38,642 bases of DNA from a virus: UHGV virus genome UHGV-0115960, one strand, 5' to 3'. The notes below the pieces were generated by a model that was not told the origin of the DNA, ran no database searches, and worked only from the letters and a program-made list of their open reading frames with translations. Positions 21,460-30,889 of this stretch are shown here, one piece after another; position 1 is the first letter of the stretch; each line of letters begins with the position of its first letter. Made by a program: the position numbers and the translations under genes.

Positions 21460-21897
21460 TCATCGAAGGCATTGCGTCCTGATGTACTCCTGCAGGTAGT
21501 TAACCTGCGCGGTTATCCTGTCGATTCCACTTCGGAGACGGTAATAATTGAGTTCAGCATCTGCTGTAAGTCTTGGGCTTTCTCCATCGCCCATGCTGCT
21601 GGCTCCGGTCGTTGACTTTGCACAGGTGGCGGCGACTTGCAGGCGTTTACGACCAGCAGAAACATCAGCACGGAGACTTTCGATAGTCGCGTTAGCATCA
21701 GCAAGCTCCTTTGTGTATCTGGCGTCGAGTTCTGCTACATCATGTTGCCGCTTCTGCATATCAGCGATAATAGATGTGGCTTTATCGCGCTGTTCTTTAT
21801 AGGTAATGGCGTTATCACGGTAATGATTAACAGCCCATGACAGGCAGACGATGATGCAGATAACCAGAGCGGAGATAATCGCGGTTACTCTGCTCAT
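21460..21897 (-). CDS. Rz: Rz i-spanin
   Basis: N-terminus [34 protein letters not shown] matches recalled lambda Rz. Confidence 0.9.
   Translation of the reverse strand: MSRVTAIISALVICIIVCLSWAVNHYRDNAITYKEQRDKATSIIADMQKRQHDVAELDARYTKELADANATIESLRADVSAGRKRLQVAATCAKSTTGASSMGDGESPRLTADAELNYYRLRSGIDRITAQVNYLQEYIRTQCLR
21513..21704 (-). CDS. Rz1: Rz1 o-spanin lipoprotein embedded in +1 frame of Rz
   Basis: Lipobox LVVNAC followed by proline-rich [12 protein letters not shown]; fully nested in Rz as in lambda. Confidence 0.8.
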   Translation of the reverse strand: MLMLTRLSKVSVLMFLLVVNACKSPPPVQSQRPEPAAWAMEKAQDLQQMLNSIITVSEVESTG

Positions 21898-22370
21898 ACC
21901 TCAATCTCTCTGACCGTTCCGCCAGCCTCTTTGAATTTTGCAATCAGGCTGTCAGCCTTATGCTCGAACTGACCATAACCAGCCCCCGGCAGTGAAGCCC
22001 AGATATTGCTGCAACGGTCGATAGCCTGACGGATATCACCGCGATCAATCATCGGCAAAGCGCCACGCTCCTTAATCTGCTGCAGCGCAACAGCGTCCTG
22101 GCTTTTGGGAGAGAAGTCTTTCAGTCCAAGCTGCTTGCGGTAAGCATCCCACCAGCGTGAAAGAAGCTGATAACGTCCGGCGGCTGTTGATTTAAGTTTC
22201 GGGTTTAGCGTGACAAGTTTGCGAGGATGATCGGAGTAATCAGTAAACAGTTCACCACCAACAATAACATCATAACCGTGGTTACGTGTCGGTTGTCGCC
22301 CGTTATCCGTTCCCTCTGACCACGCCAACATATCGAGGAAAGCTTTACGCTGAGGATTAAGATTTTGCAT
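21894..22370 (-). CDS. R: Endolysin, lambda R-type lytic transglycosylase
   Basis: 158 aa near-identical to recalled lambda R ([20 protein letters not shown]...). Confidence 0.95.
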   Translation of the reverse strand: MQNLNPQRKAFLDMLAWSEGTDNGRQPTRNHGYDVIVGGELFTDYSDHPRKLVTLNPKLKSTAAGRYQLLSRWWDAYRKQLGLKDFSPKSQDAVALQQIKERGALPMIDRGDIRQAIDRCSNIWASLPGAGYGQFEHKADSLIAKFKEAGGTVREIEV

Positions 22371-22674
22371 TTTTCACCCCTGTCAGTCGTTCCCAGAAGT
22401 ACGTCAGTGCAACCGAACCCATCGCACCACTAATCCCCGCTGTCGCGAGAATCATGTAAATACTGAATCCACTTTCGATGCTGATCAGGCCACCAATAAC
22501 ACCGGTGAATCCTGATACCACTATCTGAGCCAGAGCATTTATCCAACTCCACGTTGCTTTACTCTGCTTCACATCTATCAGGTAGCGGACTAGACCGCCC
22601 CAACCTGCGATGATCAGCAAAACGAGCCAGAACGCTCCGGCAAGGCTCTCTTTTTCGTGCATATGAATAGCCAA
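22357..22674 (-). CDS. Holin (three predicted transmembrane segments)
   Basis: 105 aa, three hydrophobic helices, immediately upstream of and overlapping endolysin. Confidence 0.8.
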   Translation of the reverse strand: MAIHMHEKESLAGAFWLVLLIIAGWGGLVRYLIDVKQSKATWSWINALAQIVVSGFTGVIGGLISIESGFSIYMILATAGISGAMGSVALTYFWERLTGVKNAKS

Positions 22675-22983
22675 TGTTTCGCCGCCGACAAAAGGCCGGG
22701 ACGTTAAATGTCAGAAATCAGGCTCACGGGGTAATTTAACGACAAAGCACGGAGTTGATGCTCCCCGCAAGCCTGGAATAAAAAAGCCAGCATGTAGCTG
22801 GCAACAGAGGGTTAAGCAATATCAACTCAACAGTTGAAGACACCCTGGCTGGGGTAGGTTGGAAGGCTACTCACCGTCCAGAAACAGAAAAGCCCAAAGT
22901 TTTAAACCTCGGGCTTGAATTTGGATTACTGCCAGTGCGTACAACATTGGCAAAATATCAGATTTACACGAAATATATGCTTT
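22675..22983 (-). promoter_or_regulatory. Late promoter region (pR'-like) with putative Q-utilisation site and early terminator (tR'-like)
   Basis: 309-bp non-coding gap between Q-like gene and holin; minus-strand hairpin AAGCCC...GGGCTT followed by T-rich tract near 22880-22915. Confidence 0.5.
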
Positions 22984-23673
22984 TTAATCCAGTTTTGCAA
23001 TACTTTGCTGTGAAAATGTCGTCTTTTGTTTTGAACGTGTTTTCGTTAAAAGCAATAAAGCTTGGCTATCAAGCTGTAGAAAAATGTGCTTCATTGCAAC
23101 CCAGCGTTCAGTAAATGTCTCAGACCAGTTTTTTGATGTCACTCCCACCAGTGATGCCAGCTCCTGGTATTCATAGGTCTTACGCCCTGCCAGCTCGTTC
23201 TTCACATCCTGTGCCGCCAGCCAGATCAACTTCTTTAAGCGTTCCAGTGTCTTACTGGCAATTTTTCTTTTACCTAACAGAGACTTAAACTCGTTCCATG
23301 CCCACTGCGTTATGGCAACCTGATGCTCCCAGCGAACACTTTCGCTGTAACTCCACAGCAACCACGCTTTCTGGTGTTCTTCGAGAGACAGAACCGCGCG
23401 GCGCCATGAAGATGTTGAGAACTCAACCTGGCTGACCAGTGCAATGGATGAACCTTTTGCGTACGACTGCTTACCGAAAATCGGCGGATTATCCAGCGTA
23501 ATCATCCTGCCAGTTACCTCATCCAGAATGCGCGGCTTCTTTCGTTTGTATGTACCAGTATCAAATTGAGCATGCTCCAGCCAGGCTTCAAGCTGGCCTT
23601 TCGTTACTCCGCTCAAATCAGCGGTAGCCACCATGAGTTGCTCGCGAACATACTGTAAATATTGGATATTCAT
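22984..23673 (-). CDS. Late-gene antiterminator Q-like protein
   Basis: 229 aa directly upstream of late promoter and lysis genes; ATG with AAGGAG; not lambda Q type. Confidence 0.65.
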   Translation of the reverse strand: MNIQYLQYVREQLMVATADLSGVTKGQLEAWLEHAQFDTGTYKRKKPRILDEVTGRMITLDNPPIFGKQSYAKGSSIALVSQVEFSTSSWRRAVLSLEEHQKAWLLWSYSESVRWEHQVAITQWAWNEFKSLLGKRKIASKTLERLKKLIWLAAQDVKNELAGRKTYEYQELASLVGVTSKNWSETFTERWVAMKHIFLQLDSQALLLLTKTRSKQKTTFSQQSIAKLD

Positions 23674-23806
23674 GCGGCAGCTCCTTTCAGTGTTTTGGCG
23701 TAATTCTTCAGTATTCGGTAATCGGTCAAAACAGAACCGGGAAAACGATATAAGCGCAGGCGCACCCAGCGGCGGCGAAGACGTTCTGCCATATAAGACT
23801 CAAACA

Positions 23807-24169
23807 TCATTCATCTCCCAGTTCAGTGATGGTCAGTTCCAGCTTCCCACCTTTGGTAACGGGCATCTTCACAACACGGTAATCAACGACCTGAGCATCA
23901 TCCAGCCAGAAACCTGCTTTGGTGAGTGCGTCAAAAGCGGCTTTTTGCAGATTATCCAGGTCACGGCGACGGCGATCCGGCATGTGGCACTCAATACGGA
24001 TTTTCACTGGCATAGCCAGGCCGATATCCAGCATTGCGTTTTTAATGATTCGGGCGACGTTATCGCGGTATGCCTGCCCCTCTGCGCTGATGTGCGTGCG
24101 CCCGCGATTATGGCGGTAATAGCGATTATTGCTCGGAGGCCAGGGTAATGTGATGCTGTAAGTATTCAC
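23807..24169 (-). CDS. rusA: Holliday junction resolvase RusA
   Basis: 120 aa, [26 protein letters not shown]... matches recalled RusA; starts at GTG. Confidence 0.9.
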   Translation of the reverse strand: MNTYSITLPWPPSNNRYYRHNRGRTHISAEGQAYRDNVARIIKNAMLDIGLAMPVKIRIECHMPDRRRRDLDNLQKAAFDALTKAGFWLDDAQVVDYRVVKMPVTKGGKLELTITELGDE

Positions 24170-24456
24170 GCCTTAATAACCCCCTCTTTCAGCCAGATAA
24201 CCAGCGTTCTCGCCATACCTTCCAGCGCGCATTCTTTTGCATATCCAGCGTCAACAAAATGCGTGCGACGGTCGATCTCATCGTGACAGGCAGAACATGC
24301 AATGGTGGCAATCAGGTCTGGCGGTTTGGTACCGGTACCGCACAATCCAGCCAGCCGGATATGTGCCAGTACAGACGTTTCAGAATTGCCATTACATACG
24401 CCAGGGATTCTTACCTGGCATTCCCGACCACGCGCTGCTTTTCTCAAATCAGCCAT
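24166..24456 (-). CDS. nin-region protein, DUF1364-like (Cys-rich)
   Basis: ATG at 24456 with AAGGAGG upstream; [22 protein letters not shown] motif; location between NinB and RusA. Confidence 0.55.
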   Translation of the reverse strand: MADLRKAARGRECQVRIPGVCNGNSETSVLAHIRLAGLCGTGTKPPDLIATIACSACHDEIDRRTHFVDAGYAKECALEGMARTLVIWLKEGVIKA

Positions 24457-24619
24457 GATTCCTCCTTGCTGCCAGTCGCAACCATTTTTTATCAACCAGG
24501 CTGGCGGTATATCCGAGCAGAGTTGGTATTTCGGATGGCTTCAGCTCAGGTTTACGCTTACGACGATTTGGTACTTTGTAGATGTGTCCGTTCATGACAC
24601 GAATAAGCGGTGTAGCCAT
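24449..24619 (-). CDS. Small nin-region protein (NinE-like, 56 aa)
   Basis: ATG overlaps NinB stop (TAATG); basic KRKPELKPSEIPTL segment; assignment from memory only. Confidence 0.4.
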   Translation of the reverse strand: MATPLIRVMNGHIYKVPNRRKRKPELKPSEIPTLLGYTASLVDKKWLRLAARRNHG

Positions 24620-25074
24620 TACGCCTCCTGCTTGTCGCGCAGCAGCTGGAACTCGCAGCTCTGTGGAATAGTCAGGTGGCAACCAATATTCATCGCCCAG
24701 GCTTCAACCTTACACAGGAAGACATACATCTCTCCGGTATCAAGATCGGAGGTATGGCGTAACGACTGGATAGTGGTGATATCACCGGTTACGACATCAA
24801 CCAGGTCTTTGGTTTCATAACCGAGATATGTGTGTTTGAGAGCATCTTTTACCCAAGCTGGAGTGGCGAACGTTTTACCCCTGCTGATGAGGTATTCACT
24901 GATTTCGCTGTACCACATGTGGCTGAGTGCATTCTGGGAAAGACTGCGTCTCTCGCGCCACGGTTTAAGCACCATGCGAAAGCATTTGCCGTCCTCCAGA
25001 TAAGGCTGGATCTGCCGACCGATAGCGGTGAAGTTACCGCGATGCAATTTGATACCATCTTGTGGGAGGTTCAC
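24619..25074 (-). CDS. ninB: NinB/Orf-family recombination protein
   Basis: Motif [16 protein letters not shown] resembles NinB RSLDQN signature; GTG start with GGAGGTG upstream; first gene of nin block. Confidence 0.7.
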   Translation of the reverse strand: MNLPQDGIKLHRGNFTAIGRQIQPYLEDGKCFRMVLKPWRERRSLSQNALSHMWYSEISEYLISRGKTFATPAWVKDALKHTYLGYETKDLVDVVTGDITTIQSLRHTSDLDTGEMYVFLCKVEAWAMNIGCHLTIPQSCEFQLLRDKQEA

Positions 25075-25349
25075 GCTTCACCTCCGCAGAGATCAAACGT
25101 TGGATGCAAGATATCGCAGGTGCATTTCTGCATCTGTGACTGGTTGAAAGGCGTTCTGATTGTCGTTTGCACTTTGAGTCCCCTCAAAGCGCAGAAGTCA
25201 CCGGAGTTGTTCAGGCTCCGATGACATGATTATGGCGAGTTGATTATGATGAATCAATAGGTTCTTATGTCAAATGAACACTAGATCCAAAGGAGGGTAA
25301 CAATTATCATAGCCAATGAGATTAATCTCATTTTTAATAAGGAAATTTC

Positions 25350-26768
25350 ATGAAATATTTCTCAACTGGTTTTTATGTTTCAAACTCCACATCTCTAGCT
25401 GAGATCTTTAATGAATGTTTTTCTTGGGTAAACGACTCACCACATACAACTTTTATTCCAGCACAATTAGTATGTGATTATAAAAGCGAGGAGTACTTCA
25501 TAGAGTCTAAAAATGAAAGAATTGATATAATAACTTATAAAAACAAAGATACTAGTTTAGGCTGTTTTAGGTATTCGAAAATATCTGAGCCACACAAATG
25601 GATAACAGATATTTCAATTAATAAAAATCTCAAAACTGATACCATGTGGATTCAGGTGGAATCTAGCGTTGTAAGCCAAGATGCAGCTTATCTAGCCCCG
25701 CAACCTAAGAAACCATTAGTTGTTATGAGATTGATTGATAAATTTCCTGGTGGTCTTGATGATATTTTCAAGGTGTCAGTCGAACCTCATTCCTTAGATG
25801 ATACTGATGAACATTTAAATATAGCAGCTAAAGTTATAAATGGTGAAACTGACAACAGACTACCAATAATATACGTTAGCTCCAAGTATTTTTTTAATGA
25901 ACATGCTCACAATATCATCCCAGAACGCCTTGCAAGAAAGGTATGCGGATTAGCACATGTATTAATTGAGCCTAGCAATAGACTATTTTCTATTAAGCTA
26001 AAAAATGAGACAAATGCTAAAAATGCCTATGCTGGTGCTGTTGGTATCTATTGGCCACGGGGTCAAAATATCAGTTTTTATCGCCGTGGTGAGAAAACCG
26101 CAAAAGAATTTGAAGATGAGTTATTTGATGATGTTGTAAGAGCTACGACTACAATGGCTCCTGTCTCAGATAGTGGATGGAGTGAGATACAAACCAGAAA
26201 AACGAAAGACTCTATTAACTCACTCAAAGAAAGAGGAGAATACACACGCGAACTGATGGCGCTTTACGAAGCCGATAATGTTGCGAAAGATGACCAAATA
26301 GAAGATCTTAAGCATAAGATCTCCTCTTTAGAGCACAGAGTACGCACTCTTCAATCACAAGCTTCAGCCCAAGGAAGCATTGCGCTTAATGCTGGTGAAG
26401 AGACTGACTTTTTTGATGGAGAAATCAAAAATATAATTATTGACGCACTAAAAACTGCCATAAAAAATAAAAATGAATTTGGTAGAAGCTACCATATCTT
26501 ATCATCCCTAATTGCCAATAATGAATACAATAAAGAAACCGAGAGTCGCCGCCAATTACTTAAAAGGACTTTAACAGGTTACAGAAGCATGGATAGCGCA
26601 ACACAAAGAAATTTAAAGGACTTAGGTTTCAGTGCGTCAAGCGATGGAAAACACTGGAAGTTAACATATAATGAAGACCCTCGATATTCCTATATTTTAC
26701 CTAAAACAGGAAGTGACCACAGAGGTTCTTTAAATGCTATCTCGGATATAGCAAACATTATTTTCTAA
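25350..26768 (+). CDS. Uncharacterised 472-aa protein, AT-rich moron antisense to the early-right operon
   Basis: Long ORF with strongly AT-biased codons, own upstream AT-rich region and downstream hairpin; central coiled-coil segment; no recognised family. Confidence 0.8.
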   Translation: MKYFSTGFYVSNSTSLAEIFNECFSWVNDSPHTTFIPAQLVCDYKSEEYFIESKNERIDIITYKNKDTSLGCFRYSKISEPHKWITDISINKNLKTDTMWIQVESSVVSQDAAYLAPQPKKPLVVMRLIDKFPGGLDDIFKVSVEPHSLDDTDEHLNIAAKVINGETDNRLPIIYVSSKYFFNEHAHNIIPERLARKVCGLAHVLIEPSNRLFSIKLKNETNAKNAYAGAVGIYWPRGQNISFYRRGEKTAKEFEDELFDDVVRATTTMAPVSDSGWSEIQTRKTKDSINSLKERGEYTRELMALYEADNVAKDDQIEDLKHKISSLEHRVRTLQSQASAQGSIALNAGEETDFFDGEIKNIIIDALKTAIKNKNEFGRSYHILSSLIANNEYNKETESRRQLLKRTLTGYRSMDSATQRNLKDLGFSASSDGKHWKLTYNEDPRYSYILPKTGSDHRGSLNAISDIANIIF

Positions 26769-26777
26769 TAAATTTCA

Positions 26778-26803
26778 ATAGCACTCACAAATGAGTGCTA
26801 TTG
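26778..26803. terminator. Hairpin terminator after the 472-aa gene
   Basis: Inverted repeat ATAGCACTCA caaa TGAGTGCTAT. Confidence 0.6.
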
Positions 26804-26819
26804 TTGCCACTGAATTACT

Positions 26820-26981
26820 CTATTTAAATTCAACTTTTATCCCTTTGTTTAGCAGGGCATCAGAAACTGCCTTTTTTGTAACATTTATCCCTGCAAGCAA
26901 TGCTTTATGCATTGGTCCCTTAAAAATCTCTACTTCTTCTTCAGTGAGTTTAGGCAATGTAATATAAATAACATCTTTCAT
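26820..26981 (-). CDS. Small hypothetical protein (53 aa from ATG; track ORF extends to a GTG at 27074)
   Basis: ORF only; weak SD; AT-rich; convergent with 472-aa gene. Confidence 0.3.
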   Translation of the reverse strand: MKDVIYITLPKLTEEEVEIFKGPMHKALLAGINVTKKAVSDALLNKGIKVEFK

Positions 26982-27138
26982 CTGCTTGTTTTTATAGCAT
27001 GAGCTTCTTGTGTGCTTACAATCGATATTTTCTTTATTTCCCAAAACATCATCCCCTTTATAATTCAGTTCCACACATCAATTATTTAGTTATCACGAAT
27101 GTCGTAAAACTAAAATTAGTAACAATAATTGCTCATAC

Positions 27139-27426
27139 CTACTCTCTTCCATATAAAGCCAACACCCGCTTCATCGCGGCACTTTGACGACACTCCTTAA
27201 AAATCAGATTCGTGCTCACCTTTCCTTCCCGTTCTTCTCTGGTAGCGAACCGGTAATACACCGTTCGCCAGACCTTACCATCAACGACCAGGATTCCTGC
27301 CCGCGCCATTTTAGCCGCAGCCTGATTTATGCTGGTTACGGTTGCGCCTGTTACCGCGGCAACGTCCTGCGCACAGAAGTTCTTATGAGTCCCCAGGTAA
27401 TGAATAATTGCCTCTTTGCCCGTCAT
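27139..27426 (-). CDS. ren: Ren protein
   Basis: MTGKEAIIHYLGTH...AAVTGATVTSINQAAAKMARAG matches recalled lambda Ren; ATGA overlap with P stop. Confidence 0.85.
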   Translation of the reverse strand: MTGKEAIIHYLGTHKNFCAQDVAAVTGATVTSINQAAAKMARAGILVVDGKVWRTVYYRFATREEREGKVSTNLIFKECRQSAAMKRVLALYGRE

Positions 27427-28124
27427 ACACTTGCTCCTTTCAGCCCAAACTTCGCTTTGATTTCTGCGATCTTCGCCAGAGACTGAACACGATTAAGCGG
27501 TCTCCCGCCCATAACAGGAAGTTGTTTTACTGGTTCAGGTATCGCCTCACCACGGTTAATTCGCGCTGTCATACAGGCCAGTTCATCGGCAGCCTTGCGC
27601 CGTAATTCCGCATCAGTCAGCGCATTGGCCCGCATGTTCTGATACAGGTTGGTAACCAGCCAGTAGTGCGCGTTTGATTTCCACGGATAAGACTCTGCAT
27701 CCGGATACAGGCCACGTTTCCGGCAATACTCGTAAACCATATCAACCAGCTCGCTGGCGTTTGGCAGCCCGGCGGTAACGGATGCTTCTTCCCGGCACCA
27801 GGCAACAAACTGCCCGGGTGATGGCAGGAATGGTCGATTCTGCCGACGGGCTACGCGCATTCCTGCATTAACCTGTTCCATCGTGGTGATCCCGTTTTCC
27901 CGGAAAGCCAGAACCCACTGGCGGCGGATTTCGTTCAGTTCGTTCTGGTCCCGGTTAGCCAGGCTCGCCGGGAAAGTTGCCAGTAACTGGCTGAACACAC
28001 CATTGATGATCTGCGCTACCTGTTGTACCTGCGGCTTTTCGTCGTACTGTTCCGGCATGTTGTTGGCGATCCGGCGCATCTGCTCACGGTCAAAGTTAAC
28101 CATCTGTGCGGCGATGTTTTTCAT
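27423..28124 (-). CDS. P: Replication protein P (DnaB helicase loader)
   Basis: 233 aa near-identical to recalled lambda P (MKNIAAQMVNFDREQMRRIANNMPEQ...). Confidence 0.95.
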   Translation of the reverse strand: MKNIAAQMVNFDREQMRRIANNMPEQYDEKPQVQQVAQIINGVFSQLLATFPASLANRDQNELNEIRRQWVLAFRENGITTMEQVNAGMRVARRQNRPFLPSPGQFVAWCREEASVTAGLPNASELVDMVYEYCRKRGLYPDAESYPWKSNAHYWLVTNLYQNMRANALTDAELRRKAADELACMTARINRGEAIPEPVKQLPVMGGRPLNRVQSLAKIAEIKAKFGLKGASV

Positions 28125-29050
28125 AAATCCACCCCGTAAATCCAGTCAGTGTTTGTCAGGTCGAGTTTTGATTTTCCGGCTGTCACGCCAGCCTGTTGCT
28201 TGTTACGGTTGATTTCGAGTTGGGTCCACTTGTCGCGGAGTTTGGCCGGACTTAGCACGTTACCGGACCAGAAGTTGTCCTGGCATGCCCAGCGGAACAG
28301 CACGCACATGTCGCGGTGGTTACGGCCGTCACGTTCACGCATCAGGCGGATATCGTTAGCCCACCCTGCAAAATTCGGTTTTCTGGCTGATGGCGCGATG
28401 GTCTTCACCATGTCAAACATCCACTCTGCGGCGGTCAGGTCTTCTGCTGTCCCCCACCTGCTGCCGCTCTGAATTGCAGCATCTGGTTTCTCCACAGGAA
28501 GATCGTTTTCTGGTTGGTCAGAGGATTCGCCAGAATTCTCGGACGAAAAAGGTTTTATATTGTCTTTTGTTAGTTTGTCTTTTGTGTTTACCTGATTCGG
28601 GTAAACGCCTTTACCTGATTTGGGTAAACTTTTCTTACCTGATTCAGGTAAATTTACCTCTTTCAGGTAAACTTTATTTTTCTTACCTGATTCGGGTAAT
28701 GTTGACCATTCACTGACCACATTATTAATGCCTATATTCCGCCCGCTCTGAATAAAAATCCCACGCTTTACCAGAGCACTTTTTGCAGCAGAACACTTGT
28801 GCGGCAATATCCCGGTCAACTCGGAAAGTTGCTCGTTGCTCACCCAATCCAGTTTTTTATTAAAGCCATATGTTTTGCGCATGACAGCCAGGAAGACCAG
28901 AAGCTGGTGCTGTGTTAATCCGGCCAGCATCACAGCTTCCAGCAACTCATTTGCAATGCGCGTATAACCATCATCGAGATCTGCCACGCGCGGCTCCTTT
29001 TGTGCCACATCCGGCACTGGAAAATTGAATATCTCAGCAGTGTTTGCCAT
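28121..29050 (-). CDS. O: Replication initiator O
   Basis: C-terminal half near-identical to recalled lambda O (SDQPENDLPVEKPDAAIQSGS...DWIYGVDL); N-terminal domain divergent; ATG at 29050 (MANTAEIFNF) with GGAGG upstream preferred over track start 29140. Confidence 0.95.
   Translation of the reverse strand: MANTAEIFNFPVPDVAQKEPRVADLDDGYTRIANELLEAVMLAGLTQHQLLVFLAVMRKTYGFNKKLDWVSNEQLSELTGILPHKCSAAKSALVKRGIFIQSGRNIGINNVVSEWSTLPESGKKNKVYLKEVNLPESGKKSLPKSGKGVYPNQVNTKDKLTKDNIKPFSSENSGESSDQPENDLPVEKPDAAIQSGSRWGTAEDLTAAEWMFDMVKTIAPSARKPNFAGWANDIRLMRERDGRNHRDMCVLFRWACQDNFWSGNVLSPAKLRDKWTQLEINRNKQQAGVTAGKSKLDLTNTDWIYGVDL
28540..28700. repeat. Replication origin: five about 17-bp iterons TACCTGATT(C/T)(G/A)GGTAAA plus adjacent AT-rich tract, inside the O gene
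   Basis: Iterons read at about 28589-28605, 28612-28628, 28636-28652, 28654-28670, 28684-28699; AT-rich 28540-28588. Confidence 0.8.
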
Positions 29051-29136
29051 AATTCCTCCCGCAATGAGTGTGTTACGATTTGCACCTGAAAGTCGGTTCT
29101 GTTCGCGCAGACCGGCTTTCGCCATTTCTGAACCTG

Positions 29137-29676
29137 TCATATTGCCCCCAGCATGGTGGTGACCATCGCCATCAATGGACCAGCCAGGTCCGGGTCCACA
29201 CGAAACATCGACACAATGCCTTCACTCATCTCCTTCAGTTTCTGGTGGCGTGGTGCGTTGAGAATGACAGCCTGTTTTGCCTCACTGAGTTCCTTTTCCA
29301 TTTCAGCCAGCCGAGCCATGAAGCTATCCTGCTCAACCAAGTGGCCGCGATATTCCAGCGGTAGTACCGCCAGAATTGCCGGGGTCAATTCACGCACGTT
29401 ATTTCGGTATTTTTCAGAATCGAATTTGTTATCGAGGAAGCGGAACAGCTTCTGGCGTGCACGGCTGACATCATCAGGGAAATCGATGGTGCCGCCGCCC
29501 TGTGCTCGATACTCATTCACAATGAGTGCGGCAACGACATCCTGATTATCTTCAGCCGACCAGGCGCGGACGGCATCACGGATTTTTTCGTGGCCTGGCA
29601 CCTGTTTTGTTTGAGAACGATTTATCACCGCTGTCGGGGTAAATCCGCTAGTCTGTTGGTATGTAAGTGGTTGCAT
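29137..29676 (-). CDS. YdaT-family protein at the cII position
   Basis: Segments IVNEYRAQGGGTIDFP and LTPAILAVLPLEYRGHL resemble recalled Rac YdaT; ATG with AAGGAG. Confidence 0.65.
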   Translation of the reverse strand: MQPLTYQQTSGFTPTAVINRSQTKQVPGHEKIRDAVRAWSAEDNQDVVAALIVNEYRAQGGGTIDFPDDVSRARQKLFRFLDNKFDSEKYRNNVRELTPAILAVLPLEYRGHLVEQDSFMARLAEMEKELSEAKQAVILNAPRHQKLKEMSEGIVSMFRVDPDLAGPLMAMVTTMLGAI

Positions 29677-29745
29677 AATTGACTCCTTTAGTTTGAATTG
29701 ACTGTTAAGTTGATTGCTTATTGTTAAAGAGCGTGAAATGGAAAT

Positions 29746-29976
29746 TTAAGCTGCGTTCTTTTCGGTGTGTGGAAACAACTTCGGAAGATCCGGGCGAATC
29801 TGGTATGCCTTCACTACTCCACCAGTAGCCGTAACAATGCTGCCGACATGTTCAGGGGATACCTTTGCTTTGTTGTGAAGCCACTTATAGACGGCCTGCT
29901 GCGAAACTTCACAGGCAGCGCCCAGTTTCTTTTGTGAACCAACGATATTGATCGCTGTTTTGATAGCTGGGTTCAT
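29746..29976 (-). CDS. Cro-like HTH regulator (YdaS-family)
   Basis: 76 aa, HTH GSQKKLGAACEVSQQAVYKW; divergent from cI across operator region; ATG with GGAGG. Confidence 0.75.
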   Translation of the reverse strand: MNPAIKTAINIVGSQKKLGAACEVSQQAVYKWLHNKAKVSPEHVGSIVTATGGVVKAYQIRPDLPKLFPHTEKNAA

Positions 29977-30080
29977 AACAACCTCCGTGGTTAATTTGAA
30001 TCAAGATTAAAACTATGGTTGTTTTTAGTCAACAACCATTTTCGTTTGATGGAATAAAACCTTGGTTGTACATTTGGACT
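29977..30080. promoter_or_regulatory. cI/cro divergent promoter-operator region (oR/pR/pRM equivalent)
   Basis: Perfect palindrome ATGGTTGTT-n7-AACAACCAT at about 30015-30039 plus additional AACAACC/GGTTGT half-sites. Confidence 0.65.
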
Positions 30081-30770
30081 ATGAAAACAACACTCTCAGA
30101 AAGACTTAAAGAAGCCAGATTAGCGCGAGGCCTTACACAAAAGGCGCTTGGGGATTTGGTCGGGGTTAGCCAAGCTGCTATTCAGAAAATCGAAACAGGG
30201 AAAGCTAACCAAACAACTAAAATCGTGGAGATCGCGAACGCTTTGGGTGTGCGCGCAGAATGGTTATCTTCTGGCGTTGGAAATATGTCAGACAGTACAG
30301 TGCAACCAATACAATCCACTGTCAGCCATTCCAAATACTTCAAGATTGACGTTCTTGATATAGAAGTGAGTGCCGGGCCGGGAGTCATCAACCGTGAGTT
30401 TGTAGAAGTCCTACGCTCGGTTGAGTACTCGTTTGACGATGCTCGTCACATGTTCGATGGCAGGAAGGCAGAAAATATCCGCATCATTAACGTACGCGGT
30501 GACAGCATGTCAGGAACGATCGAACCAGGTGATCTTTTGTTCGTTGATATCACTGTTAAATCTTTCGACGGTGATGGTATCTATGCGTTTCTGTACGACG
30601 ACACAGCCCATGTAAAGCGCCTGCAAATGATGAAGGATAAGCTGCTGGTTATCTCTGATAACAAGAGCTACTCACCGTGGGACCCGATCGAGAAAGACGA
30701 GATGAACCGGGTGTTTATCTTCGGTAAGGTTATTGGGAGCATGCCGCAGACATATAGGAAGCATGGTTAA
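30081..30770 (+). CDS. cI: CI-type prophage repressor (HTH plus LexA/S24-like autocleavage domain)
   Basis: HTH LTQKALGDLVGVSQAAIQKIE; C-terminal GDSMSGTIEPGDLLFVD...VKRL S24 peptidase motifs; track ORF start at 30015 lies inside operator, ATG 30081 preferred. Confidence 0.9.
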   Translation: MKTTLSERLKEARLARGLTQKALGDLVGVSQAAIQKIETGKANQTTKIVEIANALGVRAEWLSSGVGNMSDSTVQPIQSTVSHSKYFKIDVLDIEVSAGPGVINREFVEVLRSVEYSFDDARHMFDGRKAENIRIINVRGDSMSGTIEPGDLLFVDITVKSFDGDGIYAFLYDDTAHVKRLQMMKDKLLVISDNKSYSPWDPIEKDEMNRVFIFGKVIGSMPQTYRKHG

Positions 30771-30889
30771 AGTGAGGCTAAAAAACAGTTACAGCAATAG
30801 GCCTGTTGTTTTTCTTTAAACACGCAGTGTTAAACCGCTCTTTGAGATGCGGAGTAATGAGATGGAAGACTTGAATCACATAAGGGTTA

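Noticed and set aside
28540-28700. Regularly spaced direct repeats considered as a possible CRISPR array
   Set aside because: Only five about 17-bp copies with variable short spacers, located inside the O gene and followed by an AT-rich tract; this is a lambdoid replication origin
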